DNA of 64,000 nucleotides. It comes from Gloeobacterales cyanobacterium (GTDB taxonomy: Bacteria; Cyanobacteriota; Cyanobacteriia; Gloeobacterales; PMM-0068). The notes under the pieces were generated by a model. That model ran no database searches and was not told where the DNA came from. It was given only the letters and a program-made list of their open reading frames with translations. Each line of letters starts with the position of its first letter. The stretch's first letter is position 1. Below are positions 39,854 through 49,456 of the stretch, in pieces. Where the stretch lies: the NCBI GenBank assembly GCA_038245785.1, contig JBBRSB010000002.1, positions 96,001 to 160,000 of the forward strand, read 5' to 3'. A program made the translations under genes and the position numbers.

Positions 39854-40831
39854 TTAAACCACTAAAACGGCAGCACCCCGAATTTTCCCACCACGAAGAG
39901 CATCCAGTGCTTCATTAGCTCGACTGAGGGCAAACGGTTCTACTGCTGTTCGGATCGGAATTTGAGGTGCCAGCGTCAGAAATTCTTCTCCATCTTGACG
40001 GGTCAAATTAGCCACAGACCGCAAAACCCGCTCTCCCCAAAGTATTTCATAGGGGAAAGAGGGAATGTCACTCATATGAATTCCGGCGCAGACGACTGTA
40101 CCGCCTTTAGCAATTGATTGGAGGGCTTGAGGAACCAGTTCGCCAGCAGGAGCAAAGATAATCGCCGCATCCAATTCTTCAGGCGGTGAACCATCCCCTG
40201 CCCACACCGCACCCAGATCCCGAGCGAACTGTTGCCCCTTGCTATCGCCAGGTCGGGTAAAAGCAAAAACCTTACGTCCTTGATGGCGAGCCACCTGAAT
40301 CAAGATATGGGCAGCCGCTCCAAATCCATAGAAGCCTAGCCGTTCAGCATCTCCGGTCATCTTGAAAGCACGATAGCCAATCAACCCAGCACACAGGAGT
40401 GGCGCTGCTTGCAGGTCAGGATAGCCCTCCGGAATCGCAAAGCAAAATTGCTCTTGGGCCACGGTGTATTCGGCATAGCCTCCATCTAGCTGGTAGCCCG
40501 TGAATTGGGCAAAGTCACAGAGATTTTCCCGTCCGCTTAGACAATAGCGGCAATGATGACAGGTAAATCCAAGCCAGGGAACGCCTACCCGTTCACCAAC
40601 GGCAAATCGCTCTACACGTTCGCCAACAGCCGCTACCGTCCCGACAATCTGATGTCCAAGAACCAAGGGAAGTTTTGGGTGTTTCAGCTCTCCCGCCAGC
40701 ACATGGAGGTCTGTCCGACAGATGCCACAGGCATGAATCTGAATCAAAACCTGTGTCGGGCCAGGAGTAGGGATGGGCATATCCATCGCTTGCAGTGCTT
40801 GACCAAGCGCTTCCAATACCATTGCACGCAT
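39854..40831 (-). CDS. Zinc-dependent alcohol dehydrogenase
   Basis: GICRTDLH, LGHQIVG, CHHCRYC...C, GFYGFGAAAH. Confidence 0.9.
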   Translation of the reverse strand: MRAMVLEALGQALQAMDMPIPTPGPTQVLIQIHACGICRTDLHVLAGELKHPKLPLVLGHQIVGTVAAVGERVERFAVGERVGVPWLGFTCHHCRYCLSGRENLCDFAQFTGYQLDGGYAEYTVAQEQFCFAIPEGYPDLQAAPLLCAGLIGYRAFKMTGDAERLGFYGFGAAAHILIQVARHQGRKVFAFTRPGDSKGQQFARDLGAVWAGDGSPPEELDAAIIFAPAGELVPQALQSIAKGGTVVCAGIHMSDIPSFPYEILWGERVLRSVANLTRQDGEEFLTLAPQIPIRTAVEPFALSRANEALDALRGGKIRGAAVLVV

Positions 40832-41014
40832 GGCTAAAAACCAGAGACGGTTGATTCCAAGATAGCTTCTCTATGCTCCTGCTCTACTTCATAAGAAGAT
40901 GTAGAACTCATTGCCGAACAGCAGACGAAAACGCGCTTAGCATTGGCCGCCAACTAAGATCATTCTTCGATATGACTCACAGGCTTCGGCCTACAGCAAA
41001 ATTATGTCCATGCT

Positions 41015-41212
41015 TTAAAATCTTTTTGGAAGACCAGCCTGTTTCAAGACGGCATTAGCAGTATGCCGAGATTTAATAGATTGATCTACTACAAATCGAT
41101 TCTGCGAAATAGGGCTATACCAAATTTCGTGATCTCCTTTTCCCTGTCTTTCAAAATAGCAACCATTCTCCGTCAGAATCTTTTTTAATTCGGGGGCCAA
41201 TGATTTTGGCAC
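41015..41212 (-). CDS. HicA-family toxin
   Basis: FERQGKGDHEIW...SRHTANAVLKQAGL; GTG start directly after the upstream stop. Confidence 0.85.
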   Translation of the reverse strand: MPKSLAPELKKILTENGCYFERQGKGDHEIWYSPISQNRFVVDQSIKSRHTANAVLKQAGLPKRF

Positions 41213-41836
41213 TTAAGCCACCTCAACAAGCTCTTGGCGATGACCAATCACCTCAATTGAAGAAATTGTATTTGACAGATTCAGAGGTGTAGCTTGATTA
41301 AGCTGGAGTAATTCTGGAATCATGATTCGTAGCTTTTGTGTAAGGGACTCTAAGGTGTCAGCTTCAGTTGCTAACCCTGGAATCTCATCGCTAGTGGCAG
41401 CCCAGACTTCAGCTTCTTTATCCCAAAAAGCCTCAACCTTATAGATTCTAGGATGCAAGATGCAAAATATCTGATGTGAACTGCTGTCTGGTGTCTCAAT
41501 AAAACCTCTATGAACAAGCCAAGTGATGAATTGCTCTTTCGGCATTTGCTGATTGGTTGGATAAATATGGATAGGAAGGAGCAGTTTATTCCACATTTCA
41601 CGAATTACATATTTCAACAGATAGGTGCCATATCCCTGTTGTCGATCTTGTCCTAAGATAACGAATTCATTGATATACCAGTAAGGGTGCTGATTTTCAA
41701 ATAATCGGTAATTCACAGCACCAATTTCATTGCCTTGAAGATACATTTTGTAATAAATATGCCTGGGGTTTTTCTTTTCTTCCTCTGGGTCTCTTCTTAT
41801 GTTGATCCCTTCAGGCGGCACTTCTACTCCAGACAT
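41213..41836 (-). CDS. GNAT acetyltransferase domain fused to a DUF1902 (HicB-like) antitoxin domain
   Basis: INEFVILGQDRQQGYGTYLL (acetyl-CoA motif A), then YKVEAFWDKEAEVWAATSDEIPGLATEADTLE; ATG 41836 preferred because the 41965 extension overlaps a vapC remnant. Confidence 0.7.
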   Translation of the reverse strand: MSGVEVPPEGINIRRDPEEEKKNPRHIYYKMYLQGNEIGAVNYRLFENQHPYWYINEFVILGQDRQQGYGTYLLKYVIREMWNKLLLPIHIYPTNQQMPKEQFITWLVHRGFIETPDSSSHQIFCILHPRIYKVEAFWDKEAEVWAATSDEIPGLATEADTLESLTQKLRIMIPELLQLNQATPLNLSNTISSIEVIGHRQELVEVA

Positions 41837-41909
41837 TTGTCGATACCCCACTCTTAGCTCCGGGAATGAATCTATTTTATCAAAGCGTTGGCCTAATGAA
41901 ATCCGTGTA

Positions 41910-41987
41910 TGACTTAGCATTACTACTAAGCCGAGAATCTCTAGCCATATGTCAGAGAAACGCATAGGTATCGAGCAATATTTCCAC
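41910..41987 (-). pseudogene. VapC (PIN) toxin 5' remnant
   Basis: GTG overlapping the upstream TAG reads MEILLDTYAFL*HMARDSRLSSNAKS, like the LLDTHAFLW...RLS start of VapC. Confidence 0.65.
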
Positions 41988-42328
41988 TAAATATACTCGC
42001 TAAACTCCTCAAGGGGCTCGTCAAAATTGGGGGGTATAACAATTAGACCGCGCGCACAACCAAAAACACTTTCAGTTCTTTTTTCATTCTCTGCAGCCTG
42101 TCCAAAATTATGGGTAGACACAATGCTACCGTCATGCCCGTGAATTACAATTTCTGCACTTTGATTACGACTAATCTGACGAGCGAATTCTATAGCATCT
42201 CCCTTTGTTGAAAAAACTTTAATCGCCTTAGCTGTACCGTCCCTATTTACAGCCCATCCTCCAGATGGTTTAGGAACGACATGATGCACTCGATAGGGCT
42301 TTGCCTGGGCTTCCTCTTTTTTTGTCAT
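41987..42328 (-). CDS. DUF2188 domain fused to a DUF2281/VapB-like antitoxin tail
   Basis: HHVVPKPSGGWAV...IHGHDGSI, then FGCARGLIVIPPNFDEPLEEFSEYI. Confidence 0.7.
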   Translation of the reverse strand: MTKKEEAQAKPYRVHHVVPKPSGGWAVNRDGTAKAIKVFSTKGDAIEFARQISRNQSAEIVIHGHDGSIVSTHNFGQAAENEKRTESVFGCARGLIVIPPNFDEPLEEFSEYI

Positions 42329-42530
42329 GACGATTAAATAGAGCTGGCTTCTATTCTAACCGGGGAGATATAAACGGTAGGGTAAATGATTCCGATGGAG
42401 CTGTGTAACGTTGACGATGGTGGATCCTTTGATCTTTACGACTATTAGCTATAGCTTTTCCATCTCGGGAGCAAGCCGTCAGCAAAAAAGTTGGGAATCA
42501 TAGTTTAGCCTACACGTCTGCTCAAGCGGC

Positions 42531-42617
42531 TTAGCAGACTGGTGGCGACTGGTCATGAGGTTCTGGCTCAACATCGGGCACTTTGGCTAAAACAGACTCA
42601 TATGCCGTCCGACTTCT
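42531..42617 (-). pseudogene. C-terminal remnant of an RHH (HicB-like) antitoxin
   Basis: Manual translation RSRTAYESVLAKVPDVEPEPHDQ resembles the recalled C-terminus of the family of ORF 5102..5368. Confidence 0.5.
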
Positions 42618-42645
42618 CTATATAGAAGGATTTGGTTCACGTTCA

Positions 42646-42925
42646 CTAGCCTGACTGATGCTCAACTTCCAGACGATCGAATTCCTTATAGTAGGCTGCT
42701 ATCTCTGCATCGATCGTCTCTTTATTTGCGTAGTAATAGGCTAAGGCTGCATAGACTTGTGCCTGTGTCAGGTGTGCCCTTTCAGAAACGATTGCTTCCG
42801 GCTTCATCCCTGCATTGAAGTCAATTGCAACATTTTGAACCGTAATCCGAGTTCCAGCAATTCGAGGACGACCGCCACCCAGGAGTTTAGACAATTAAGG
42901 TGCCAATATCAACAGCTATTTGCAT
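42646..42925 (-). pseudogene. DUF433 antitoxin with nonsense codon and frameshift
   Basis: ATG 42925 MQIAVDIGTLIV*TPG, then a shift into GGRPRIAGTRITV...AALAYYY. Confidence 0.75.
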
Positions 42926-43025
42926 GGTTTACGTACCAAACCTTGGTTCCATAATAGCCCAGCAGCATAGAGTTTCTGCCTTGCATGCCCAACTACTAGA
43001 TGAGCAGAAAAGTGGATCTATTGCT

Positions 43026-43679
43026 TTAAAGAACTTCTTTCACATGCCCTAAAAGATCTCCAGGGCGGGCAAACCAATGATGAGCCCCTGCGTTGAGTAG
43101 TTGCTGTTTTTCATGAACACCCCAACCTGCAGCCCAAGCAGGTACTCCAGCCCGTACCGCCATCTCCATGTCATATTCTGTATCCCCAATCATCACCGCT
43201 TGCTCTGGCGTGATTCCATAGTGTTGCAAAGCCAACTCAATGGATTCTGGATGAGGCTTGGGGTTCGTAACCGAAGCAGGAGAAATAATTGGGTCAAAAT
43301 AATCTAACCAATCCAGTCCCGTTAGCACGCGGGAGAGCCCTTCATAGCCTTTACTTGAAGCAATCGCGAGCGATACCCTAGGCGTCAAAAAGTCTACGAG
43401 TTCAGGAATTCCTTCAAAGGGATCGCTATGGGCAATCCCTACCTGGCGGTAAAAATTGCGATAGGTCTCTACCCCATGTTCCACTTCCTGCTGACGGTTT
43501 GGAGGCAAGAGTTTAGCTAATTGTACGGACAAAGGAATGCCAATCATCTGCCGCCATTGTTCAACCGCTGATTGGGGCAGTTCTAAGGCGTCAACGGTTA
43601 GCTTAATACTCTCTAGAATGCCTGGTTCTGAATTAATCAGAGTTCCATCAAAGTCAAAGATGATCAGGCGAACAGACAC
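43026..43679 (-). CDS. HAD-superfamily phosphatase (Gph-like)
   Basis: FDFDGTL, KPHP, MIGDTEYD. Confidence 0.9.
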   Translation of the reverse strand: MSVRLIIFDFDGTLINSEPGILESIKLTVDALELPQSAVEQWRQMIGIPLSVQLAKLLPPNRQQEVEHGVETYRNFYRQVGIAHSDPFEGIPELVDFLTPRVSLAIASSKGYEGLSRVLTGLDWLDYFDPIISPASVTNPKPHPESIELALQHYGITPEQAVMIGDTEYDMEMAVRAGVPAWAAGWGVHEKQQLLNAGAHHWFARPGDLLGHVKEVL

Positions 43680-43681
43680 TA

Positions 43682-43870
43682 TTAGCCCTCATACTCTGTG
43701 GTAATTTGAACATCCAGACTCTCTCGGTCCACATAGACCGAGAGAATATTAGGACGACAACATACCTGGCAGTCTTCGACATAAGACTGCTCAAATCCAG
43801 CACTCAAGTCCACAAAAGTGGTGCTGTATTCTCCACAGTATCCACATTGATATTCTGCAGTAGTTTCCAT
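43682..43870 (-). CDS. CPXCG-motif cysteine-rich small protein
   Basis: CGYCGE...YVEDCQVCCRP. Confidence 0.85.
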   Translation of the reverse strand: METTAEYQCGYCGEYSTTFVDLSAGFEQSYVEDCQVCCRPNILSVYVDRESLDVQITTEYEG

Positions 43871-46623
43871 TAGGGAGTACTGCTAATCGGTTTATCGCTG
43901 TATCCTTTAGGTTGAACAATAACCTTCGTGAACATCTTAGAGTTAAGCACTCTTTTAGCAACTCGGCTGACTGCCGCTTGGTCAACTTTGTCGATTAAGG
44001 AATTGAATCGTTCAGGATAATCTCTACCCAAACCATATTCTTCCTGAGCGAGGATTACATCGGCCAATTCTCCATTACTTAAAAATTCCAGAGGGAACTC
44101 ATAAATTAAGCTGCGTTTCGCATTGGCCAATTCTAAATCTGTAGGTCCATCGATACGTAAGCGGTCAATCACTTTCAACGTTTCATCGACTGCTTTCTCG
44201 GTATCCTTAGGATTGGTCTGCATTACAACAATGAAAGGACCGACCAATTTTCCGACAACGAACGCGGAGTAGACGCCATAGGTTAGTCCCAACTGGTCTC
44301 GAACACGCTTACCGAGACGACTAGAGAGGGTATCTCCCCCTAAAATCTGATTGAGGACTTGAGCCGCATAGAAATCGGAGTCTTTACGACTAAGGCCAGG
44401 GGCTCCTAGATAAACTTCTGTTTGCTGCTTGCCAGATAGTTCGACCACACTTTCTTTGGGATTGGGCTGTGGGGTTGTGGCACTTAGTTGGGGTGCTTTC
44501 CCTTGGGCTTTCCAGGTGCCGAGATACTTAGTAATCCAGCTCTTCACTTGAGCAGGGTCCACATCTCCTGCGACCACCAAAATAGAATTATCCGGTCGAT
44601 AGTACTGTTGATGGAATTTCTGCAGATCCTCTGGCGTCAGGGATTGAATGGTTTCTGGGGTAGGTTGACTGTGGAAAGGATGGTCTTTGGGGAAGAGAGA
44701 CTGGTAGAAGCTCCGTCGAGCGACTGTTCCAGGGTCATCCAACTCAGCTTTTAGCCCAACGAGCGTTCTGCCCTGTGCCCGTTTGAATTCATCCAAAGGG
44801 AAAGAGGGATTTCTAAGAACATCAGCGCCGACTTTGAGGATCGTTTCAGTATCTTCGGATAGGGCCTCCGCAGATAGGGATGCTTTCTCTCGTCGGACCG
44901 AAGCCCCTAATCGAATTCCTTCGTTATCTAAAATACGAGCAATCTCACTGGCTGATTTGGTTTTGGTTCCGTTGGTCAAGAGCCCTGCCGTGAGGCTGGA
45001 TAATCCTGCTTTGGACTGCGGATCAAAGCCACTGCCTGCATTCAGGTCTAGCTGGACACTGACCGTTGGCGCAGAGCGATTGGGCAAAACCAGATAGGTC
45101 AGGCCATTGGGCAAAACGCCTCGTTCTGGCTTTGCTACTTTCGTATCACTGGTTTTGGGTAAGGTCGGCAGATACTGAGACAAGGTGGCAGGATCTATCG
45201 GTTTGCCAGGGCTAAAGGATTCTGGCTTACCAGGATTGGTGGCGCTGAAACTTCCGCCCTGACTGGTCGGGATGAAGTTCCCTACGGTACGGTTAGCAGG
45301 AACCAGATATTTCTGGGCAACCCGTAATAGGTCCTCTTGGGTGACTTTGCGGTAATTGTCGGCCAGCTTATCGATAACTCGCCAATTTCCATAGATGGTT
45401 TCAAAGTAACCCAGCGCATAGGCCTGGTTTTCAATACTGTCATTGCCCAAAAAGATACTCACTCTCGCCGTTTCTTGGGCTCGACGTAGTTCTTCCAGCG
45501 TCACTTTTTCTTTTTTGACCTGTTCGATGACGGCATCCATTTTCTGTTGCAGGGTTTCAAGCGAGGTATTGCCGTTAGGAATAGCTTCGAGGTTATACCA
45601 GCCAGGGTCCACCTGAGGAGAAATTCCACCGCTATAGGAAGCAGCAATCCCTGTTTCCACCAAAGCTTTATACATCCGAGAAGAACGCCCCACGTTCAGC
45701 ACGTTATCCAACAAATCCAGGGCATAGATATCTGGGTCCGTAGACTTAGGACCGTGATAGAGCATCTGGAGAATCGCGACACTGCCTGGTTGTTTGACCG
45801 TGACTCTCCGCTCTTCCGTTTGCGGTGGTTCTTGAGGAACAGAAGTGACAGGTTTCGCCCTGGGCGGGAGCTGACCAAAGGCGGCTTTCACTTTCGCTAA
45901 GGTCTCCTTGGGGTCCACGTTGCCAACGATCACGAGTGTGGCGTTGTTTGGGCCGTAATTCTGTTGATAGAAATCTTGAGCCATCTTAGGGGTGAAATTA
46001 ACTACGTCATTCCGGTCCCCGATGGGGGTCTGGCGATAGGGATGGGTAGTGAAGGCCGTTTCTTGAATCTTGTCAGAGAGGACGGAGTCTGGATTGTTGC
46101 GATAGCCGTCTAGCTCTGAGAGTACGACGGTCTTTTCTGAAGCCAGCTGCTCAGGTCCAGCCACGGTATTCACCATCCGGTCAGATTCCAACTGCAAGAG
46201 GGCATCGAGTTTGTCTGCCCCAGTAGTGGCGTAGTAGGCCGTCGTATCAAAAGTAGTGAATGCGTTGGATTGAGCACCCAACAGATTGAAAAATTGCCCG
46301 AATTGTACGGGGCGAGCCTTAGTGCCCTTAAACATCAGGTGCTCTAACTGATGGGCCAGTCCGGTTTCACCTTTTTTCTCATTGCGGGAACCGACCTTGT
46401 ACCAGACGTACATCGAAACGGCTGGGGCAGTACGAACGGGTTTAATCAGTACTTTTAGACCATTGTCTAGGATAGTTTCTTGCACTAAAGCGGCTTGCTT
46501 CACCTGCGTGGGCTGGGCTTGTACTGCCGTTCCTAGATAGGGAAGAACCCCCTGTCCAACAGAGAGGGTGGCAGCGAGCAGGATAGCTACTGTGAACTGG
46601 GAAATCGAGTTTCTTGGCTTCAT
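43870..46623 (-). CDS. M16 family zinc peptidase (PqqL-like, two-lobe), secreted
   Basis: HQLEH (HxxEH), NAFT, SSRL...GLTYGV; signal peptide after ATG 46623. Confidence 0.9.
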   Translation of the reverse strand: MKPRNSISQFTVAILLAATLSVGQGVLPYLGTAVQAQPTQVKQAALVQETILDNGLKVLIKPVRTAPAVSMYVWYKVGSRNEKKGETGLAHQLEHLMFKGTKARPVQFGQFFNLLGAQSNAFTTFDTTAYYATTGADKLDALLQLESDRMVNTVAGPEQLASEKTVVLSELDGYRNNPDSVLSDKIQETAFTTHPYRQTPIGDRNDVVNFTPKMAQDFYQQNYGPNNATLVIVGNVDPKETLAKVKAAFGQLPPRAKPVTSVPQEPPQTEERRVTVKQPGSVAILQMLYHGPKSTDPDIYALDLLDNVLNVGRSSRMYKALVETGIAASYSGGISPQVDPGWYNLEAIPNGNTSLETLQQKMDAVIEQVKKEKVTLEELRRAQETARVSIFLGNDSIENQAYALGYFETIYGNWRVIDKLADNYRKVTQEDLLRVAQKYLVPANRTVGNFIPTSQGGSFSATNPGKPESFSPGKPIDPATLSQYLPTLPKTSDTKVAKPERGVLPNGLTYLVLPNRSAPTVSVQLDLNAGSGFDPQSKAGLSSLTAGLLTNGTKTKSASEIARILDNEGIRLGASVRREKASLSAEALSEDTETILKVGADVLRNPSFPLDEFKRAQGRTLVGLKAELDDPGTVARRSFYQSLFPKDHPFHSQPTPETIQSLTPEDLQKFHQQYYRPDNSILVVAGDVDPAQVKSWITKYLGTWKAQGKAPQLSATTPQPNPKESVVELSGKQQTEVYLGAPGLSRKDSDFYAAQVLNQILGGDTLSSRLGKRVRDQLGLTYGVYSAFVVGKLVGPFIVVMQTNPKDTEKAVDETLKVIDRLRIDGPTDLELANAKRSLIYEFPLEFLSNGELADVILAQEEYGLGRDYPERFNSLIDKVDQAAVSRVAKRVLNSKMFTKVIVQPKGYSDKPISSTP

Positions 46624-46828
46624 AGAGTCTTTCATGAGACAGCAAGGGTCTATTCCAGAATGACTCGGTACGGGACGAACGGCAAGTTTAGGTTGCTGCT
46701 GATACAAATTGATCGGCCATCCCCTGTGCTTCACAATTGAGGTCAGGCAATTATGTGCAGAAGCATCTTAGGCAGCATGGCCTGAGATAGTTAGATGGGT
46801 ACATAAGCTCAGCGAGGAACAGTCCGAG

Positions 46829-47236
46829 ATGGTAGAAGAATCAGAAGAATTTAGTGCTGGACTGGAGGTGGATGTCCTAGCCGCTTCCTTACAGATGGGA
46901 CTTCGGGAATCCAGGGACCTTTTGGAATTTCTCGCTAAAAAGCTAGAAGGCCCTTTAGCAGAGCAAACCACTGTTCGCAGAGGAGGTTGGTTGCTTTCTA
47001 AAGACCACCCCGTAGAAGAAATCACCTTGCGCTTTGATGAGTACCAGTACCAGATCTGTCGAGAACGGCAAGGTTTATTTACCGCCAAGATCATGAAAGT
47101 AGTCCGTGGCATCGTCCTCAAAACGACAGAAGTCTCTGTGGAAGAATGGCTACAAAGCCTCGCCCAAGAGTTAGCCCATCAAGCCGAGCGGTCCGTCGCA
47201 ACTCGACAAGCCCTCAGCCGTTTTATCCTCGATTAG
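46829..47236 (+). CDS. Hypothetical protein, first gene of the YbjQ operon
   Basis: 135 aa, KVVRGIVLKT; 9 nt from the next gene. Confidence 0.7.
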   Translation: MVEESEEFSAGLEVDVLAASLQMGLRESRDLLEFLAKKLEGPLAEQTTVRRGGWLLSKDHPVEEITLRFDEYQYQICRERQGLFTAKIMKVVRGIVLKTTEVSVEEWLQSLAQELAHQAERSVATRQALSRFILD

Positions 47237-47245
47237 GAAATCATC

Positions 47246-48214
47246 ATGCCTTTCTGGCAGCGAGAATCAGCGGAAGAAAAACAAGCGCGAGAGCGCCGGG
47301 AAGGGGAGCAAAAGGCGAGTCTGGCCGCACTCCAGGCAGGTAAACTTCCTTTACAAGCGCAGCACAGACTGCAAGAGCAACGCAAGCTTGGCAATAACTT
47401 TTTCATCAGTGACCTGACTTCCAGCGAGCATATTCTGACTCAGGAAGCGGGTTATGAACCGATTAGTCAGGTCATGGGCAGTGCTTTTTACAAAGTCGCC
47501 TATCGGGGCTACTTCCAAGGCGCTTACGGAAGTACGGGCGAGTTGGCGGTCTTGAGCCATGCTCAATTGGCAGCCCGAGAACTGGCGGTGTATCGGCTCC
47601 GACAAGAGGCCCAAATCCTGGGAGCCGATGGCGTGATTGGAGTACATCTAAAGGCAGGAAATTACGACTGGAGTACGAATTTAGTCGAATTTACGGCTAT
47701 TGGTACAGCCATCCGTGTTCACGGTCGCCCAACCGAAGACAAACCCTTCACCAGTGATTTCAGTGGTCAGGAATTTTGGAAACTGCATCAAGCAGGTTAC
47801 TGGCCCAAAGACATTGCCTTTGGCGTCTGCTCTTACTACGTCCACGGGGACTATCAAACCCGCTCCGTCCTGAACAACTCTTGGGGCAGCGGCTGGGCCA
47901 ATCAGGAAATTACTCAATTTACCCAAGGGTTTAACACAGCTCGTCATCTAGCGATGAGCCGTCTTACTCAAGATATCCAACGTGCTAAAGCCCAAGGAGC
48001 GGTAGGAATGCATATCGATATGGAGGTCGAGGACATTGAATACGAAGTCAATGACCGCACCTACCATGACCTCTTAGTGCAGTTCATCGCGGTCGGCACG
48101 GCCATTGTGCGCGATGAGCTACCCAGTCGTCCCAAAGCGGCTTCTCCTTTAACCTTCTACGACCTTAAAGACCGTAAAACCTCTTCCCTAGAAATTAACT
48201 ACATCGACGAATAG
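47246..48214 (+). CDS. Tandem YbjQ/UPF0145 (putative heavy-metal-binding) domain protein
   Basis: Two repeats of F(I/T)SD...AR(E/H)LA..RL...GA.G..G...F.A.GTA. Confidence 0.8.
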   Translation: MPFWQRESAEEKQARERREGEQKASLAALQAGKLPLQAQHRLQEQRKLGNNFFISDLTSSEHILTQEAGYEPISQVMGSAFYKVAYRGYFQGAYGSTGELAVLSHAQLAARELAVYRLRQEAQILGADGVIGVHLKAGNYDWSTNLVEFTAIGTAIRVHGRPTEDKPFTSDFSGQEFWKLHQAGYWPKDIAFGVCSYYVHGDYQTRSVLNNSWGSGWANQEITQFTQGFNTARHLAMSRLTQDIQRAKAQGAVGMHIDMEVEDIEYEVNDRTYHDLLVQFIAVGTAIVRDELPSRPKAASPLTFYDLKDRKTSSLEINYIDE

Positions 48215-48238
48215 ACGTTTACCGACAAGGAACTATCC

Positions 48239-49084
48239 ATGCCTAACAATAATCAACCTCCTACGAATCAACCTCCTATCCCCTCGGACCTTCCGATTCA
48301 TGCGCGGGAACGACTAGCGGCTATGCGGGGGCAGAAAGACCATCGTGCCCTCTTCACCAGCGATCTCTCGGTGAATGAATTTTTACTCGTTAAAGAAGCA
48401 GGTTTTGAACCTGTTGGTATGGTCGTCGGCAGTTCCATCTATCACATCGGCTATCAACAAAGTAGCTGGAGCAAGAATCAGGAAATGGTAGTCCTTACCC
48501 AGGCCATGTATCATGCGCGGGAATTGGCGATGACCCGGATGGAGGAGGAAGCAACAGCCTTAGGCGCTGACGGGATCATCGGCGTACGGCTCAAGGTTAA
48601 AAATCTCAGCTGGGCCGATAACCTAGCTGAATTCGTAGCCATTGGGACCGCCGTTGTACCCGAGGACCGGACGATTAGCTACCGGACCGTTCATAACAAG
48701 CCCTTTACCAGTGACCTTTCCGGGCAAGATTTCTGGACCCTGTTGAGAGCAGGTTACCGTCCTGTCGGCATGGTCATGGGCAACTGTGTCTATCACGTCG
48801 CCCATCAAAGTTTTGGACAGTGGTTCAACACCGTTGGTCAAAATGTAGAAATGACCAATTTTACTCAAGCACTCTACGATGCCCGCGAACTGGCGATGGA
48901 ACGGATGCAAGCGGAAGCTATGCACCTGCAGGCAGAAGGGATTGTCGGGGTCAATATTCATGAGGGCAGCTATGGTTGGAGCAGCCATGTAATCGAGTTT
49001 TTCACGCTCGGAACCGCTGTTATAGCGATGCGTGCAGACCATATCATTCCAGCTCCACAGTTGGTACTCACCGTAAATGACTGA
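48239..49084 (+). CDS. Tandem YbjQ/UPF0145 domain protein, paralog 2
   Basis: Two repeats FTSDLS...ARELAM.RM..EA...A.GI.GV...EF...GTAV. Confidence 0.8.
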   Translation: MPNNNQPPTNQPPIPSDLPIHARERLAAMRGQKDHRALFTSDLSVNEFLLVKEAGFEPVGMVVGSSIYHIGYQQSSWSKNQEMVVLTQAMYHARELAMTRMEEEATALGADGIIGVRLKVKNLSWADNLAEFVAIGTAVVPEDRTISYRTVHNKPFTSDLSGQDFWTLLRAGYRPVGMVMGNCVYHVAHQSFGQWFNTVGQNVEMTNFTQALYDARELAMERMQAEAMHLQAEGIVGVNIHEGSYGWSSHVIEFFTLGTAVIAMRADHIIPAPQLVLTVND

Positions 49085-49119
49085 ATCTGATGTGCTGAAG
49101 AAGAAAGGATGGGATGTCC

Positions 49120-49172
49120 TTTATCGTAGTCGGAGGTCTAAATTTTAAGTTCCGACCTGTGACTACGATAAA
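49120..49172. repeat. Inverted repeat after the YbjQ operon (possible terminator)
   Basis: tttatcgtagtc...gactacgataaa 12-bp arms with extra internal pairing. Confidence 0.5.
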
Positions 49173-49432
49173 TAAGGTTGAATGTATCGCCCTAAATTCT
49201 AAACATACGGACATCTAGCCGATAAAGTGCGCTAGGGGGCAAATGGGGTAAGCGTTAAAAATTTCTGTATTTATAAGAGCCTTTTCTAAAATTTTTCTCG
49301 CCTTTATGATAATTTCATAAACCATTTTAATTTGATGTTTTCTGAAGCGAGGAAAACCCTCACCATCAGTCCTGGTGCAGGGGTAAGCAGGTTTTGATTG
49401 TAAGTATTAGTTTCTTTTACTGGTAATTCTTG

Positions 49433-49448
49433 TGTAATTTGTGTTACA
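49433..49448. promoter_or_regulatory. Candidate NtcA box
   Basis: TGTA-atttgtgt-TACA, just upstream of a small ORF. Confidence 0.45.
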
Positions 49449-49456
49449 AAAGCAGC

